DNA of 64,000 bases, taken from assembly GCA_963699815.1 (NCBI GenBank), contig CAVOVK010000004.1, forward strand, positions 74,478 through 138,477, given 5' to 3'. Below are positions 12,138 to 24,836 of this stretch, piece after piece. The stretch's first letter is position 1, and every line of letters starts with the position of its first letter. The notes beneath the pieces were generated by a model. It ran no database searches and was not told where the DNA came from. It worked only from the letters and a program-made list of their open reading frames with translations. The translations under genes and the position numbers were made by a program. This stretch comes from an uncultured Acidimicrobiaceae bacterium (lineage in GTDB: Bacteria > Actinomycetota > Acidimicrobiia > Acidimicrobiales > Ilumatobacteraceae).

Positions 12138-13751
12138 TGCCGAAAGCCGGGCCACAGCCGATCGACTCCGCCATCCTGGCCGAGTGGTTGACCGACGGCG
12201 ACGAATTGGCGTTGCTCGATGCACGCGAACAAGGCGTGTTCCTCGAAGCGCACCTGTTCCACGCCGCCTGCATCCCGCTCTCCCAACTCGAGCTGCTGCT
12301 GCCGTCGCTGGTGCCGCGGCTCGACACTCGACTCGTGTGGTGTGACGACGGATCGGCAGGGCTGGCCGATCGTGCGGCTCGCCGTGCCTCCGAGCTGGGT
12401 TGGTCGAATTGTTCGGTGCTCGAAGGCGGCACGGCCGGTTGGGCGAGCAACGGGGGCGAGCTGTACGCGGGCGTGAACGTGCCGTCGAAGGCGTTCGGCG
12501 AGTACGTCGAGCACACCTACGGCACGCCGCGCATGCCGGCCGCCGAGGTCAAGGCACTGCTCGACGACGGCGCCGACATGGTGATCCTCGATTCGCGTCC
12601 GATCCAAGAGTTCCGCAACATGAGCATCCCCACCGGTACCGACTGCCCGGGCGCCGAGTTGGTGCACCGTGTCAAGGAACTGGTCGACGACCCCGACACG
12701 CTCGTGGTGGTCAACTGCGCCGGGCGCACCCGCAGCATCATCGGCAGCCAGTCGTTGATCAACGCCGGGCTGGAGAACCGCGTCGTCGCCCTCGAGAACG
12801 GCACGATGGGATGGGAACTGGCCGGCTTCCACGTCGATCGCGGCCGTGAGGTGCACGCCCCGGATCCCTCGCCGGCGAGCCGGGCATGGGCAGAAGCCGC
12901 GGCAGCCCGCGTCGCAACCAGGTTCGGGGTCGAGCGGATCGACCACGAGCTCCTGAAGCGCTGGCGGGCCGACCCGGCACGCACCACATATCTGCTCGAT
13001 GTCCGTACGCCCGACGAGTACGACGCGGGCCACCTCGCGGGCAGCACCAACGCACCCGGTGGGCAGTTGGTGCAGGCCACCGACGAGTACGTCGCCACCC
13101 GCAACGCCCGCCTCGTGCTGGTGGACGACACCGGGGTGCGGGCCACCATGACCGCCTCGTGGTTGCGTCAAATGGGTTGGCTCGACGTCGTGGTGCTCGA
13201 TGCCGGCCTCGATGGGCAACCGCTGGAGACCGGGACGCCGTCGCGGCGTCCGGTCGGATCGGCCCCGACGATCAAGGTGTCCGGAGCTCGCCGATCGATT
13301 GGCCGCCGACGGCGATTCCGGGGCACTGGTCGTGATCGACATCGGTACCAGCCTGAAGTATCGCAACAAGGGTCACATCCCCGGTGCGTGGTGGGGTGTC
13401 CGCAGCCGCCTCGACGAGGCCCGCACGGTGATCGGCGAGGCCGATACGGTCGTGCTCACCTCGACCGACGGACGGCTGGCGAAGCTCGCCGTGATCGAGG
13501 CTCAGGGCCACTGGCCGGACACCGAGGTGCTGGCGCTGGCAGGGGGAACCAAGGGTTGGCGCCACGCTGGGACACGACATGGAGCCCGGGTTCACACGTC
13601 CCACCACTCGAGCCGACGACGTCTGGTACAAGCCGTACGACCACGACGACGAGGTGGTCGCCCAGCACATGCAGGACTACCTGACCTGGGAGATCGCGCT
13701 CGTCGACCAACTCGAACGCGACCCCACGGTCGTCTTCCCGAAGTTCGCTGA
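12137..13751 (+). CDS. Multi-domain (four-repeat) rhodanese/sulfurtransferase (frameshifts ~13280, ~13570)
   Basis: ALLDARE, ILDSRP..F...SIP, VVNCAGRTRSIIG, LLDVRTPDEYDAGHLAG, GHIPGAWW, LEGG/LENG/LAGG motifs. Confidence 0.85.
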
Positions 13752-14058
13752 CGAACACGGCCCACACCGATCGTTCGACGCCGCCGGAGCCGACCGAGTA
13801 CCGACGCCGCGAGGCCGCCGACGAGGGCCTCGCGGATGCCCGCTCGCCGTGGCCACCCTTTCACGCCGACTACGAAGGATCGCCCGTCACGCGGCTCGTG
13901 GGGCATCCGGTGCAGCGGAAACCAGGACCGGGGGCCGTGACCGGACAGTTGCCGGTGAACGGAGCAAATGACGTGCTGATCGCAACAGCGATCGGCGCCC
14001 GGGCCGGAACGGCTCCCACCTGCGACACGCGCTCCATCGTCTCGGTAGTGTCGCCCAC

Positions 14059-15350
14059 ATGGTGGAACCCGACTTCTTCCGATTCGACACGCTCAGTCTG
14101 CATGCCGGGCAGCGTCCGGATCCGACGACCGGTGCCCGGGCGGTACCGATCTATTTCACGACCTCGTACTCGTTTCCCGACACCGACGAGGCGGCAGCCT
14201 TGTTCAACCTCGAAACACCAGGTCACATCTACAGCCGGATCTCGAACCCGACGGTCGCTGTGCTCGAAGAGCGCATCGCGGCCCTCGAGGGCGGGGTCGG
14301 AGCCGTGTGCACGGCCAGCGGGACCGCGGCCCTCCACCTCGCTGTTGCGTCGCTGCTGAGCGCCGGTGACCACATCGTCGCGTCGAAGAACCTCTATGGC
14401 GGCTCGTACAACATGATGAGGCTCACGTTGCCGAGGTTCGGGATCCACACGACGTTCGTCGACCCACGCGACCCCGACGCCTTCGCGGCGGCGATCGAAC
14501 CGAACACCAAGCTGTTCTTCGGCGAGACACTCGGCAACCCGGGCATCGAGGTGATGGACGTCGAGGCGGTCGCCGCAGTGGCGCACGCGAACGGCCTGCC
14601 GTTGATGGTCGACTCGACGTTCTCGACGCCGTACCTCTTCCGCCCGATCGAGCACGGCGCCGACATCGTGATGCACTCGATCACCAAGTTCCTCGGCGGC
14701 CATGGCACGGCGCTGGGCGGTGTCATCGTCGACGGTGGCAGGTTCGACTGGACGGCCAGCGACAGATTCCCCACCATGACCGAGCCGTATGCCGGCTATC
14801 ACGGGATCGTGTTCGCCGAGGAGTTCGGGCCGTCGGCGCTGGGAATGCGCGCTCGTGCCGAAGGTCTGCGCGACTTCGGGGCCTGCATGAGCCCGCACAA
14901 TGCGTTCGCGCTGTTGCAGGGGATCGAGACGCTCCCGCTGCGGATGGCCCGCCACATCGACAACACCGATCGGGTGCTCGAGATGCTGCAGACGAACGAT
15001 GCCGTGAGTTGGGTCAAGCACCCGCGTGTCCGTCACATCCCGACTTCGAACTCGCCGAGCGCCTCTACCCGAAGGGTGCCGGCGCGATCTTGAGCTTCGG
15101 CGTGAAGGGCGGTCGCGATGCCGGCCGCAAGTTCATCGAGGCGGTGCAGCTCGCGTCGCACCTCGCCAACGTCGGTGATGCCAAGACATTGGTGATCCAT
15201 CCCGGTTCGACGACGCACAGCCAACTCACCCCGGAACAGCTCGAGGCCTCGGGGATCAGCGAGGACCTCGTGCGCCTGTCGATCGGGCTCGAAGATCCCG
15301 ACGACATCATCGAAGATCTCGAGCGAGCCCTGAAGGCGAGCCAGCGATGA
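14059..15350 (+). CDS. metY: O-acetylhomoserine aminocarboxypropyltransferase/sulfhydrylase (PLP; frameshift ~15030)
   Basis: YSRISNPT, LYGG, VDSTF, HSITKFLGGHG (PLP lysine), ANVGDAKTLVIHP, VRLSIGLE. Confidence 0.85.
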
Positions 15351-16162
15351 TCGTCGATGTGGATGGAAGCCTGGCGCATGCATCGACCGGTGGCGTCACG
15401 TTGGCCGGTGACGACCCGGTCGTGCTGATGATCCACGGCGCCGGCCATGACTCGACGGTCTGGCAGCTGCAGACGCGGTATCTCTCGTATCGTGGATTCC
15501 GTGCCCTGGCCGTCGACCTTCCGGCCCACGGGCGAAGCGAGGGCGACCCCCTCGTATCGGTCGAGGCCATGGCCGATTGGGTCTCCCGCTTCGCCGCCGC
15601 CGCCGGGTTCGGGTCGGTCCACGTCGTCGGACACTCGATGGGCTCGTTCATAGCGCTCGAACTGGCCAGCCGATACCCCGGCATCACCGACTCGATCACG
15701 CTGTGTGGCGCCGCGACGGCGATGCCCGTCCATCCCGACTTGCTGGCGGCCGCCGAGCACGACCTACCGGCTGCAGCTGCCTTGATGGCTGCATGGGGCC
15801 ACGCCAAGCCGGCCCACGTCGGTCTCAACCCGACGCCGGGATTGTGGATGCTCGGCGGGGCCAGAGCACTCGTCGAGAACGGCCGACCCGGAGTACTCGT
15901 CACCGACTTTCGTGCGTGCATGGCCTACACGGGTGCTGAAGCCGCCGCCGCCGCCGCGACCTGTCCGGCCACCGTGATCATCGGCCTCGGCGACAAGATG
16001 ACGCCACCGCGTGGCGGACGAGCGATCGCTGCCGCACTGCACTCACCGACCGTCGTCGAACTGCCCGACACCGGTCATCAGATGATGACCGAGAACCCGC
16101 GAGCGGTGAAGCGGGCGATTCTCGCCCGCGTGGCGGCGGGTGCCGATACCGCGACTCGTTGA
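15347..16162 (+). CDS. Alpha/beta hydrolase
   Basis: IHGAG, DLPAHGRS, GHSMG nucleophile elbow, terminal GH. Confidence 0.88.
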   Translation: MIVDVDGSLAHASTGGVTLAGDDPVVLMIHGAGHDSTVWQLQTRYLSYRGFRALAVDLPAHGRSEGDPLVSVEAMADWVSRFAAAAGFGSVHVVGHSMGSFIALELASRYPGITDSITLCGAATAMPVHPDLLAAAEHDLPAAAALMAAWGHAKPAHVGLNPTPGLWMLGGARALVENGRPGVLVTDFRACMAYTGAEAAAAAATCPATVIIGLGDKMTPPRGGRAIAAALHSPTVVELPDTGHQMMTENPRAVKRAILARVAAGADTATR

Positions 16163-16186
16163 GCTGCTCGATTCGTCAACGGACGG

Positions 16187-18215
16187 TCACACGTGGTCTC
16201 GCGACCGCGTCGCCTGCCGGTGGCTGGCGAAGATCTCCTGACCGTCCTCCAACGCGACGACGGAGTCGGTCGTGTGGAAGTGGGTCGCGTCGCAACGCAT
16301 CGTCGACGTCGTGCGAACCTCGGCACAGACCTCGCCCCAACGTACGGTCCAACTGCGGTCACACGTCGCGGTGGCGCTGAGCGGGTCACCCCTCGTGATT
16401 TCCCACACGTCGGTCGCGCTCGAGGACATCTCCGTGCCGCTGGCATCGAATCGGATCGTGCCGGCATCGTCGTGATCGGTGAGCACGACCGTCCCGGTCG
16501 CCATGTCCTCGTACAGCGTGCGGCGATGGGCGGGTGCGATCAATTCGGTGGCACCGTCGGCGGCCGTCTCGGGTTCGTCGAACCAACGAATCGACGGATC
16601 GCCACCCACTGCGGCTCGCACGGGAAGGTCGAGCCGACTTCGCTCCCCGAGCTGAACGGTGAGCTCGACGTCGACGGGAGACGGCCAGGCGATCGGCCAG
16701 AGGCCCGTGCCGACGTGGAGCTCGACGCGATGCCCGACACCCAGATCATGGGCGACCGCATCGAGCCCGACGACGACGTCACACAGCTCGCCGGGCACCA
16801 TCGCCTCGGGACCGGCGTGACCGTTGCGGTGGCACAGGTTGAGCAGGCCACGGCTCAGCTGCAGCGACGTGCCGTCCGGAGCCACGTCGCACAGTCGAAT
16901 CGCGACCAGCGCGACGGGCTGGTCGACCGCCAGCCGCAGGTGCACCTTCGGACATCCGAGGATCGTCGTCGCCGCCTCGATCGGATCGCCGATGAACCGG
17001 AACGCGGCGGGTTCCTCGAGTCGCTGGTCGGCAGGCAGTTGACCGGGCTCGGCGTACCCCCACCACGATCCTTGCCGGAGGCCGGACGTCACGCTGTTGC
17101 GCCCGCTGGTCGACGTCGGCGTCGGAGCGCTGGCCGACAGACCGGTCGGTGCGAGGAACAGCGGCTCGTACTCGACGTTCGGGGACGGCCAAGCCGGTTC
17201 GCTCACCCAACGTCCGGGCCGCTCGACGTGACTCGTGGCGGGCGCCACCCACTCCTGGACCCACACCCGCAGCGGATCGTCCCAGGCGGCGCGCTCCGCT
17301 TCCGCGTGGTCCAGTCCGAGGTGAACTCCGAACCAATCGACCACCTCTTGCAGGAACCCGATGTTCGGGCCCGGCACACCGACCGCCGGATAGTTGTGCG
17401 ACCACGGACCGACGATGCCGCGAAACGGCGCCTGGAGGCGCTCGGCGAGGTGAAACACCGTGTCGGTGTATCCGTCGGCGAAGCCACCGACGCTCATGAC
17501 CGGAACGTCGATGGCGGCGAAGTCCTCGCAGACCGAACCGTGTTGCCAGAACGCGTCCCGGCGTTGATGGGCGAGCCAGTCGTGCACGAAAACCGGTGCC
17601 TCGGCCAGCCGCTCGAGCCACCGCCGGCGCCACTGCTCGCCGACGATGCGCGGGTTCGGCGGACGTGCGTTGAAGCACAGCATCGTGGACGACCAGGGCA
17701 ACATGTCGGTGCCGAGCAGACAGCCTCCCTTGTAGTGCACGTCGGTGGCATACCGGTCGACGGTGGCAGCCACGCTCACCACCGCTGCGAGCGCGGGCGG
17801 ACGCTTGGCGGCGATCTGGAGACAGTTGAAGCCTCCCCAGGAGATGCCCATCATGCCGACCTTCCCGGTGCACCACGGTTGGGCGGCGATCCAGGCGATC
17901 ACGTCGACGCCGTCGTCGAGCTCGGTCGCCAGGTACTCGCCGGCGAGCACACCGTCGCTGTCGCCCGATCCACGGATGTCGACCCGCACACATCCGAACC
18001 CGTGGCCGGCCAGGTAGTCGTGCTGGCGGTTGTCGCGCGAGCGTGCCATCGTCCTTGCGGTACGGCACGTACTCGAGGATCGCCGGCACCCGGTGGTCGA
18101 CGATCGGCAGGCGGAGCGTGGCACTCAGCCGGGCGCCGTCGGGCAAGTCGATCGAGACGTGTTCGATCGTTCGAACCTCGAAGGGGAACTCGGAACGGAC
18201 CGTGGTCATCGTCAT
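16187..18215 (-). CDS. CocE/NonD family hydrolase (frameshift ~18045)
   Basis: DGARLSA, YVPYRK, DIRGSGDSDG, GISWGG, GPWSH and a C-terminal PepX-like domain. Confidence 0.88.
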
Positions 18216-18314
18216 TGGCTCCAGTTCGGACTCGGGGCCCGCGGTCGGAGCGTCGGTCGGCGTCCGACACGGGCGATGATGGCGGCACTGTAGTGCCGCC
18301 ACGTTGGTCGCCGG

Positions 18315-19625
18315 TCAGGCCGTCACGACGCCGACGTCCGCCAGACGCCGTCTCGGCCGAGATACTCGCGGCCGGCGTCGGCGCGCTGGCGATAGAACGT
18401 CGCACTGCCCGAGTCCGCCAAGACTTGCAGCATGGCCGGCAGTTCGGCACCCTCGGACGCGGATCTTGGCGATCACCCGGTCGTTGCCGATCGCATCGAG
18501 CATCTCGAACGGACCGAGCGCCCAGTTGAAGCCCCACCGGATCGCATTGTCGATGTTGACGATGTCGTCGGCGATCTCGGGCACCAGTCCCGCCGCATAG
18601 CGCAGCGTGCCACCGAAGATCTGCCATGCGAGCCGGCCCTGCGCCGACTCGTCGAACATCACGGCACCCAGCTCGGCGGGAAGGCCGTCGAGGTCGGGCT
18701 CGACGGCGTCACGCCACTGCTCGGTGACGAGGTCGAACGTCTCGATCTGCTTCGAGCCGTCATCGAGCTTCTGCACACGACCGAACCCGCCGAGCTGGCG
18801 AGACTTCCGGCCGAGCTGGCCGCGTTCGAGCATCCGCTGTTCTGCCTCCGGGAACGCCGTGAATCGTCGGCCGGCATCCGTGGCGGGCAGGTTGACGGCG
18901 AGGTTCTTGCCGACCAGGTCCATCACATCGAGCCCGATCAGGTCGATCAAGCCGTACAGACCGGTCGGCGGCAACCCGACCGGCTTGCCCAGCACCGCAT
19001 TGATCGTCTCCTGAGTCATTCCATCGGCCAGGAACGGCTTCGCGAGATGCAGCCCGCTCAGCATGAAGTAGCAGCCGATCCGGTTGCCGATGAAGTTCAC
19101 GGTGTCCTTGGCGTGCACGACACCCTTGCCGAGCTGGTGCTCACCGAACGCCGCGAACGCCGCGATCACGTCGGCGCCGGTGTGTTCACCCGGAACCAGT
19201 TCGAACAGCTTCATCACCTGCACCGGATTGAAGAAGTGGGTGATCGCGACATCGGCCTGGAATCGGGCGGGCATACCGGCCGCGATGTCGCGCAGCGGGA
19301 TGCCGGAGGTGTTCGAGCTGATCACCGATCCGTCCTTGCGGAGCGGCTCGACCTTCGCGAACAGCTCTCGCTTGGTGGCGAGGTCCTCGACGATCGCCTC
19401 GCAGATCCAGTCGTAATCGGCGATCTCGGCGAGATCGTCGTCGAACGTGCCGGTGCTGACGAGATGCCGATCGCCTTCGTCGACAGTCTGCAGCCCGCGC
19501 TCGACCGCCTCGGTGTTCATGTCCAACATCAACACCCGGCAGCCCGCGGCCGCACTCGCGGCGGCGATACCGGACCCCATGGTTCCGCACCCGAGCACGG
19601 CAACCGATTCGATCTGACGACTCAT
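18315..19625 (-). CDS. 3-hydroxyacyl-CoA dehydrogenase
   Basis: GCGTMGSGIA, EAIVEDL, SNTSG, HFFNP, FIGNR, DLIGLD. Confidence 0.9.
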   Translation of the reverse strand: MSRQIESVAVLGCGTMGSGIAAASAAAGCRVLMLDMNTEAVERGLQTVDEGDRHLVSTGTFDDDLAEIADYDWICEAIVEDLATKRELFAKVEPLRKDGSVISSNTSGIPLRDIAAGMPARFQADVAITHFFNPVQVMKLFELVPGEHTGADVIAAFAAFGEHQLGKGVVHAKDTVNFIGNRIGCYFMLSGLHLAKPFLADGMTQETINAVLGKPVGLPPTGLYGLIDLIGLDVMDLVGKNLAVNLPATDAGRRFTAFPEAEQRMLERGQLGRKSRQLGGFGRVQKLDDGSKQIETFDLVTEQWRDAVEPDLDGLPAELGAVMFDESAQGRLAWQIFGGTLRYAAGLVPEIADDIVNIDNAIRWGFNWALGPFEMLDAIGNDRVIAKIRVRGCRTAGHAASLGGLGQCDVLSPARRRRPRVSRPRRRLADVGVVTA

Positions 19626-19628
19626 GAC

Positions 19629-20690
19629 TCACTCCTGTTCCCCGGAACTCGGCCTCTTCAGCCCAGAGAGTGTGCCCGACGAACGTGGCGGACTGAACAC
19701 CGTGTCCCGCTTTTCCCTGACGACGGCCGCGCCCCCGACGCCCTCAACCCCAGTTCGGAACACGGGTCGCCGTGCTGCATCACCGGCGCGGTGGTCGCAA
19801 GGTCCTTCGACGACCGAGACCTGGATGCCGAGCGTTCGAGCGACGCCTCGATCGCGGTGCCGCAGATCTCGCCGTCGCCCTGGGCGAAGTGCGGATCGCC
19901 GACGAAGAAGCCCGGCGCCCTCGGCGAACACCGGATAGCACATGACGGCGCCGGGCCCGAGGCGCCAGTTGTCGACGTTGCCGCCCCAACTCGCCCGGCG
20001 GGATGCTGTTGATGCGACCGGGCTCCGGCGGAGCCACTCCCATCACGCCGAAGTGCGGACGGACCGGTACCTGGACCGGTCGACCGAGAAGGGTCGCCGG
20101 GATGCCGGGGTCGGGCGGGGTGACCACGCCGGGCAGGTCGTAGAGCGCGACGCGTGGTGAAGTCGAACCCGAACCGCGGGCTCGGCCGTCGCCGTGAACC
20201 CGGCGGCGACGCATCGCCCGCGAGCTCGTAGATGGTGATCCGCTCCTTGCCGAAGGCGTTCGTAGAGCAGACCCCAGTTGGCGGCGCAGTTGGACCCGTG
20301 CGGCAGGCGCGGGCGCCATGTCGAGGATGCCGCACGACCAGGGTGTCGCCCGGCTCGCGGCGCCGGCGAACGAGCGATCGGGCCCGGTCATGATGTGCAC
20401 GCCGGGGTTGCGGGTGTCCTCGGGGATGCCCTCCCAGATCGGCTCGGATGCCGTCGTCCATCAGCAGGTCCGGCGCATCGCCGGCGTGGTGGGTGACGGC
20501 CTCGATCCACAACTCCGCACCCGTCTCGACTTCGAGACCCGCCGGCCGGCCGACATCGAGGTAGCCCCGGTAGCAGGTGTCGGGTGTGGCAGGAAGACGC
20601 AGATCTGTCCCCGTCGCCGGCAAGGTAGGTCGCCCGTCTGAATGCCGCGTTTCCGGGACGTCACGATCTCGTCGGCCGCCAACCGCACGG
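19629..20690 (-). CDS. Acetamidase/formamidase family protein (heavily frameshifted)
   Basis: Fragments EAVTHHAGDAPDL, HIMTGP, PHFGVMGVAP, GDPHFAQGDGEICGTAIEAS lie in different frames. Confidence 0.7.
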
Positions 20691-20724
20691 CCACGGTCGG
20701 ATCCGCCGCGGGTAACGTCGTTCG

Positions 20725-21898
20725 ATGGAGTGCAGCAGGGATCGGATCCTGACCACGCACGCCGGGAGTCTGCCGCGACCACCCGGCTTGGTCGGTCTCC
20801 TCAAGCGCGTGAGCCGGCACGAACCCGTCGACACCGCCACGCTCGACCACGCCGTGGATGCCGCCGTCGCCGACGTCGTGGAGCGACAGCGCGTGGTGGG
20901 GATCGATGTCGGCAACGACGGTGAACAGGGCCGTGAGAGCTTCTTCACCTACGTGCAACACCGCATGACCGGGTTCGCGGAGGCGCCCGCCGACGGCAAT
21001 GCGGTCGGCCGCAGCTGGAAGGACATCGACGACTTTCCCGGGTTCGCCGAGATCCGCCGGGCACAACGATCGACCGCCGACCAGGTCACGCTCACCCGCC
21101 CGCCGGTCGCCGTCGGGACGGTGACCTATGACGACACCGGGGCCATCGAGGCCGAGTGCTCCGCGGCTGTCCGGCCTGCTGGTGGACGGGCCGTTCGTCG
21201 AAGCGTTCATGAGCAGCCCGTCACCGGGCATCGTCGCGGCGGCGATGGCGAACCGGTTCTATCCATCGCTCGACGAGTACCTGGATGCCGTCGGCAGCGC
21301 GCTCTCGGTCGAGTACCGGCACATCGTCGAAGCCGGCTTGGTGTTGCAGATCGACGCGCCCGATCTGGCGATGGAACACCACGGCCTGTTCGCCGACCGT
21401 CCGCTCCGCGAGTTCCTGGACTTCGTCGAGCGGGTCGTCGCCACCATCAACCGGGCGACCGAGGGCCTACCGGCCGAACGCATCCGGCTGCACGTGTGCT
21501 GGGGCAACTACGGCGGGCCGCACGTGCACGACGTGTCGTTGAGCGACCTGCTGCCGCTGCTCTACCGGGCCCACGTCGGTGGGCTCCTGGTCTCGGGCGG
21601 CAATCCCCGTCACGAGCACGAGTACCGCGAGTTCGAACGGTGGCCACTGCCCGACGACTGGATCCTCGCCGCCGGCGTGATCGATACCACGACCAATTAC
21701 GTCGAACACCCCGAGGTGGTCGCCGACCGACTCGAGCGTGTGGCCCGAGCCGTCGGAGATCCGTCCAGGATCTTGGCCTGCACGGACTGCGGGTTCGACA
21801 CCGCCGCCGGTTTCGGACTGGTCGTGCCCGACGTCGCCTGGGAAAAGCTGCGCTCGCTGCGCGAAGGCGCCGATCGTGCAACCGACCGACTGTTCTAG
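20725..21898 (+). CDS. Cobalamin-independent methionine synthase II-like (MetE C-terminal-domain family; frameshift ~21165)
   Basis: ILTTHAGSLPRP, NDGEQ, LQIDAPDL, HVCWGN zinc ligands, GVID, TDCGF. Confidence 0.85.
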
Positions 21899-22007
21899 GT
21901 CACCGCCCCTGACGCGCCGGCCCGCGACGCGTCGGTGCGGACGCCATGTCGCCAGAGCGTCCGCACCGATTCGTGCCCGCGACGATCGCGGGAGCCTCGC
22001 CGAGTTG

Positions 22008-24201
22008 TCAGTGGGCGAACTTCACGTTCGGCATGATCCGGTCGATCCAGCGGGGCAGCCACCACGCCTTGTTGCCGATGATGAAGAGCGCGGCGGGCAC
22101 CAGCACCAGCCGGATCAGGAAGGCGTCGAGGAGCACCGCCGTCCCGAGGATCAGACCCATTTCCTTCATCGGCAGCGTTCCGGCGATGGCGAAGGTGTAG
22201 AACACGGCGATCATGACACCGGCCGCCGCCACGATCGGCCGACCGACGTGGCCGAGCGACCCGCGGACGGCCTCGTTCGCATCGCCCGACCGTTCGAAGT
22301 GCTCACGGGTGGAGGCCAGCAGGAACACCGTGTAATCCATCGAGATCGCGAACACGAGGGCGAAGAAGAACAGCGGCGCCCACGAGGTGAGGTAGCCCTG
22401 GCTGTCGAATCCGAGCAGGTCGGCACCCATACCGTGCTGGAACACGAGCGCACCGACGCCGAAGGCAGCGCCGACCGAGAGCAGGTTGAAGATCACACCG
22501 ACGAAGGCGACGATGATCGCCTGCAGGGCGAGGATCAACAGCAAGAAGCCGAGCACGAGCACGACGCCGATGACCAGTGGTGCCTTCTCGCTGAGTGTTC
22601 GGTCGAGGTCGTAGTTCTCGGCGACCGGACCACCGACGAGCACACCGTCGGGCAGCTCGGTCCGCAGGGTCGGGATCAGCGCCAGCGCCTCGACGGACGA
22701 CGGGATCGTACCCACCGACGGCCTGGATGATGCTGGCGCCATCGGCGCCCGGCTGGGGCGGGAACGCCATGACGATGCCGTCGGTGGCCATGACCTGATC
22801 GGCGACGGCCTGTGGATCCTCACCGGCCGGAACGATCACCTGGATCGGTCCCGGGCCTCCTGGGCCGAACCCGTCGGCGATCATGTCGTAGCCCTGTCGG
22901 GCCTGTTCGTCCTCCGGGAGCACCGTGATACCCGGCATCCCGGTCTTCAGACCGAGCAACGGCAGGGCGAGCGCCAGCAGCACCACGATCGAACCCGCAG
23001 CGACCACGACCTTGCGGGCCTGGATCCGGTCGGCGAGGCGGGCGAAGAACTCGCTGTGGTGGTCACCCTTGCTGTGCCACGGCAGGGCGAACCTGTCGAT
23101 GCCGGGGCCGAGCAGTGCAGGGAGCAGGGTCAACGCGGCGAGCAGCACGAAGCTGACGGAGAGCATCATGCCGGCCGCCATCGAGCGGAAGGCGGGGATC
23201 GGCACCAGCAGCACGGCCGAGAGGCTGATCAACACGGTGATGCCCGAGAACAGGACCGCTTTCCCCGCGGTGTCCATGGCGATGCCCGCCGCGTGTTGCG
23301 GGTCCTCCGGGTGGGCGTGCAGCGCGGCTCGGTAACGGGTGACGATGAAGAGCGCATAGTCGATGCCCAGTGCGAGCGCGAACATCATGGCGAAGTTCAG
23401 CGTCCAGATCGACAGGTCGGTGGTCTGCGTGATCCCGTACAGCACGCCCATCGAGGCGAGCAGTCCTGCCGCGGTGAGCACGAGCGGAAGGCCGGCCGCG
23501 GCGAGCGTGCCGAAGGCGATCACGAGGATGATGGCCGTGACCGGCCACGTCAGGATCTCGGCCTTCATCATCCCCTCGCGGTTGACGGCGTTGAAGTCGT
23601 CCCAGAACGCCGGCGACCCGGTCAGGGCCACCTCGATCTCGTCGCCGGCCACCTCGGTCGAGAGCTCGGCGATGTCGTCGCCGAGGCGTTCCGCGGCGCG
23701 AACCGCTTCGGTCGGGTCGACGTCGGCTCCGGCCTGGATCATCACGGTCATGCCGTCCATGCCGGGCTGTGCGGGCATCGGCTGCCCGAATCCCGGCTCG
23801 GCGAGGATCAGCGTGTTGACCTCGGAAATCACCTGCTGGTAGGTGGGATCGTCGATCGGTGTCGACTGGCTCTGGATCACCACGACGGCGGACTGCGAGG
23901 AGAGACCGCCGAACTGCTCGTCGATCACGTCGCGGGCGGCGAGCGATTCGCTGCCGTTGACCTCCCACATGGCGCCGGACAACGCGTGTTCGAGTTTGGG
24001 CGCGAAGACGCCCAAGCCGATCGCCAACACGGCCCACGCGGCGATCACGAATCTGCGATGTGAGTGCGCCGCCCGGCCGATGCGGGCGAGCGGCGGGTGC
24101 TCGACGTCGGTGTCGAGGTCGTCGTGATGGGGTGCAACATTAGACACTTCATGCGCATCTAGCGATGCATCGGTGTCGGGTGGGTCGATGTCGATACTCA
24201 T
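22008..24201 (-). CDS. MMPL family transporter (frameshift ~22720)
   Basis: ALGIDYALFIVTRYR, AISMDYTVFLL, LDAFLIRLVLVPA, WWLPRW. Confidence 0.9.
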
Positions 24202-24275
24202 TCGGGGTCCTCTGGTCGGTGGAGTGGGTGACGGGTAGGGGCTTCGGCTCGACGCCGCTGATCGGGTGGCGGCGA

Positions 24276-24608
24276 TCAGGTGACGGCGAAGGTGCGGGCG
24301 TCGGATGCGGCCTGGTCGCGCAGTCGGTCGCAGACGATCGCGCAGACCGGCATCAGACTGGGGTCGGTGACCGAGTAGTAGGCGGCGGTGCCCTCGGCCC
24401 GGCGGGTGACGATGCGGGCATCGTGCAGGATGCGCAGGTGCTTGGACACGTTGGCCTGACTGGTGCCGAGCTCGCCGACGAGTTGGCCGACATTCATCTC
24501 ACCCTCGTCGAGCAGGGTGCGGATGATGCCCAGCCGGGTTGCATCGCCCAGCACGCGGAAGCGCTCGGCGACGTGTTCGAGGAGTTCTGGTGGGAGTGCC
24601 TCGGGCAT
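24276..24608 (-). CDS. ArsR/SmtB family regulator
   Basis: FRVLGDATRLGII, SQANVSKHLRIL; ATG at 24608 preceded by TAAAGT-N7. Confidence 0.88.
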   Translation of the reverse strand: MPEALPPELLEHVAERFRVLGDATRLGIIRTLLDEGEMNVGQLVGELGTSQANVSKHLRILHDARIVTRRAEGTAAYYSVTDPSLMPVCAIVCDRLRDQAASDARTFAVT

Positions 24609-24659
24609 GTACAGCACTTTATAACTATCAAACGATAAATGCAACCGGCAGCCGTTCGT

Positions 24660-24710
24660 CCATCCATCTTGACCATCCATCTTGACCATCCATCTTGACC
24701 ATCCATCTTG
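24660..24710. repeat. 13-bp tandem repeat (CCATCCATCTTGA) x~4
   Basis: Three exact units and one 12/13 unit, read directly. Confidence 0.95.
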
Positions 24711-24836
24711 GAGGACACTGCATGGACGCCAGGCGAGACCAACAGATGCAGACGAGGTACAGGATCGGCTGATGAACCCGACGGCGATTCGGCTGGCAGG
24801 ATGGTCGGGACGACTTCAACCAGGAGGCCATCCGTC

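Noticed and set aside
13760-14058. SAM riboswitch upstream of metY
   Set aside because: Small hairpins exist, but I found no SAM-I/IV core motifs, and a -10 box 7 nt before the ATG suggests a leaderless transcript.
16193-18529. Long antisense or alternate-frame ORFs (e.g. 16193..18529, 856..2319, 51634..53475, 58423..60396)
   Set aside because: These are shadow ORFs of high-GC coding DNA: Arg/Gly-rich, motif-free and overlapping well-supported genes.
24660-24710. Possible CRISPR array (also considered for 26622-26807 and 31404-31470)
   Set aside because: The repeats are head-to-tail with no unique spacers, and there are no cas genes.
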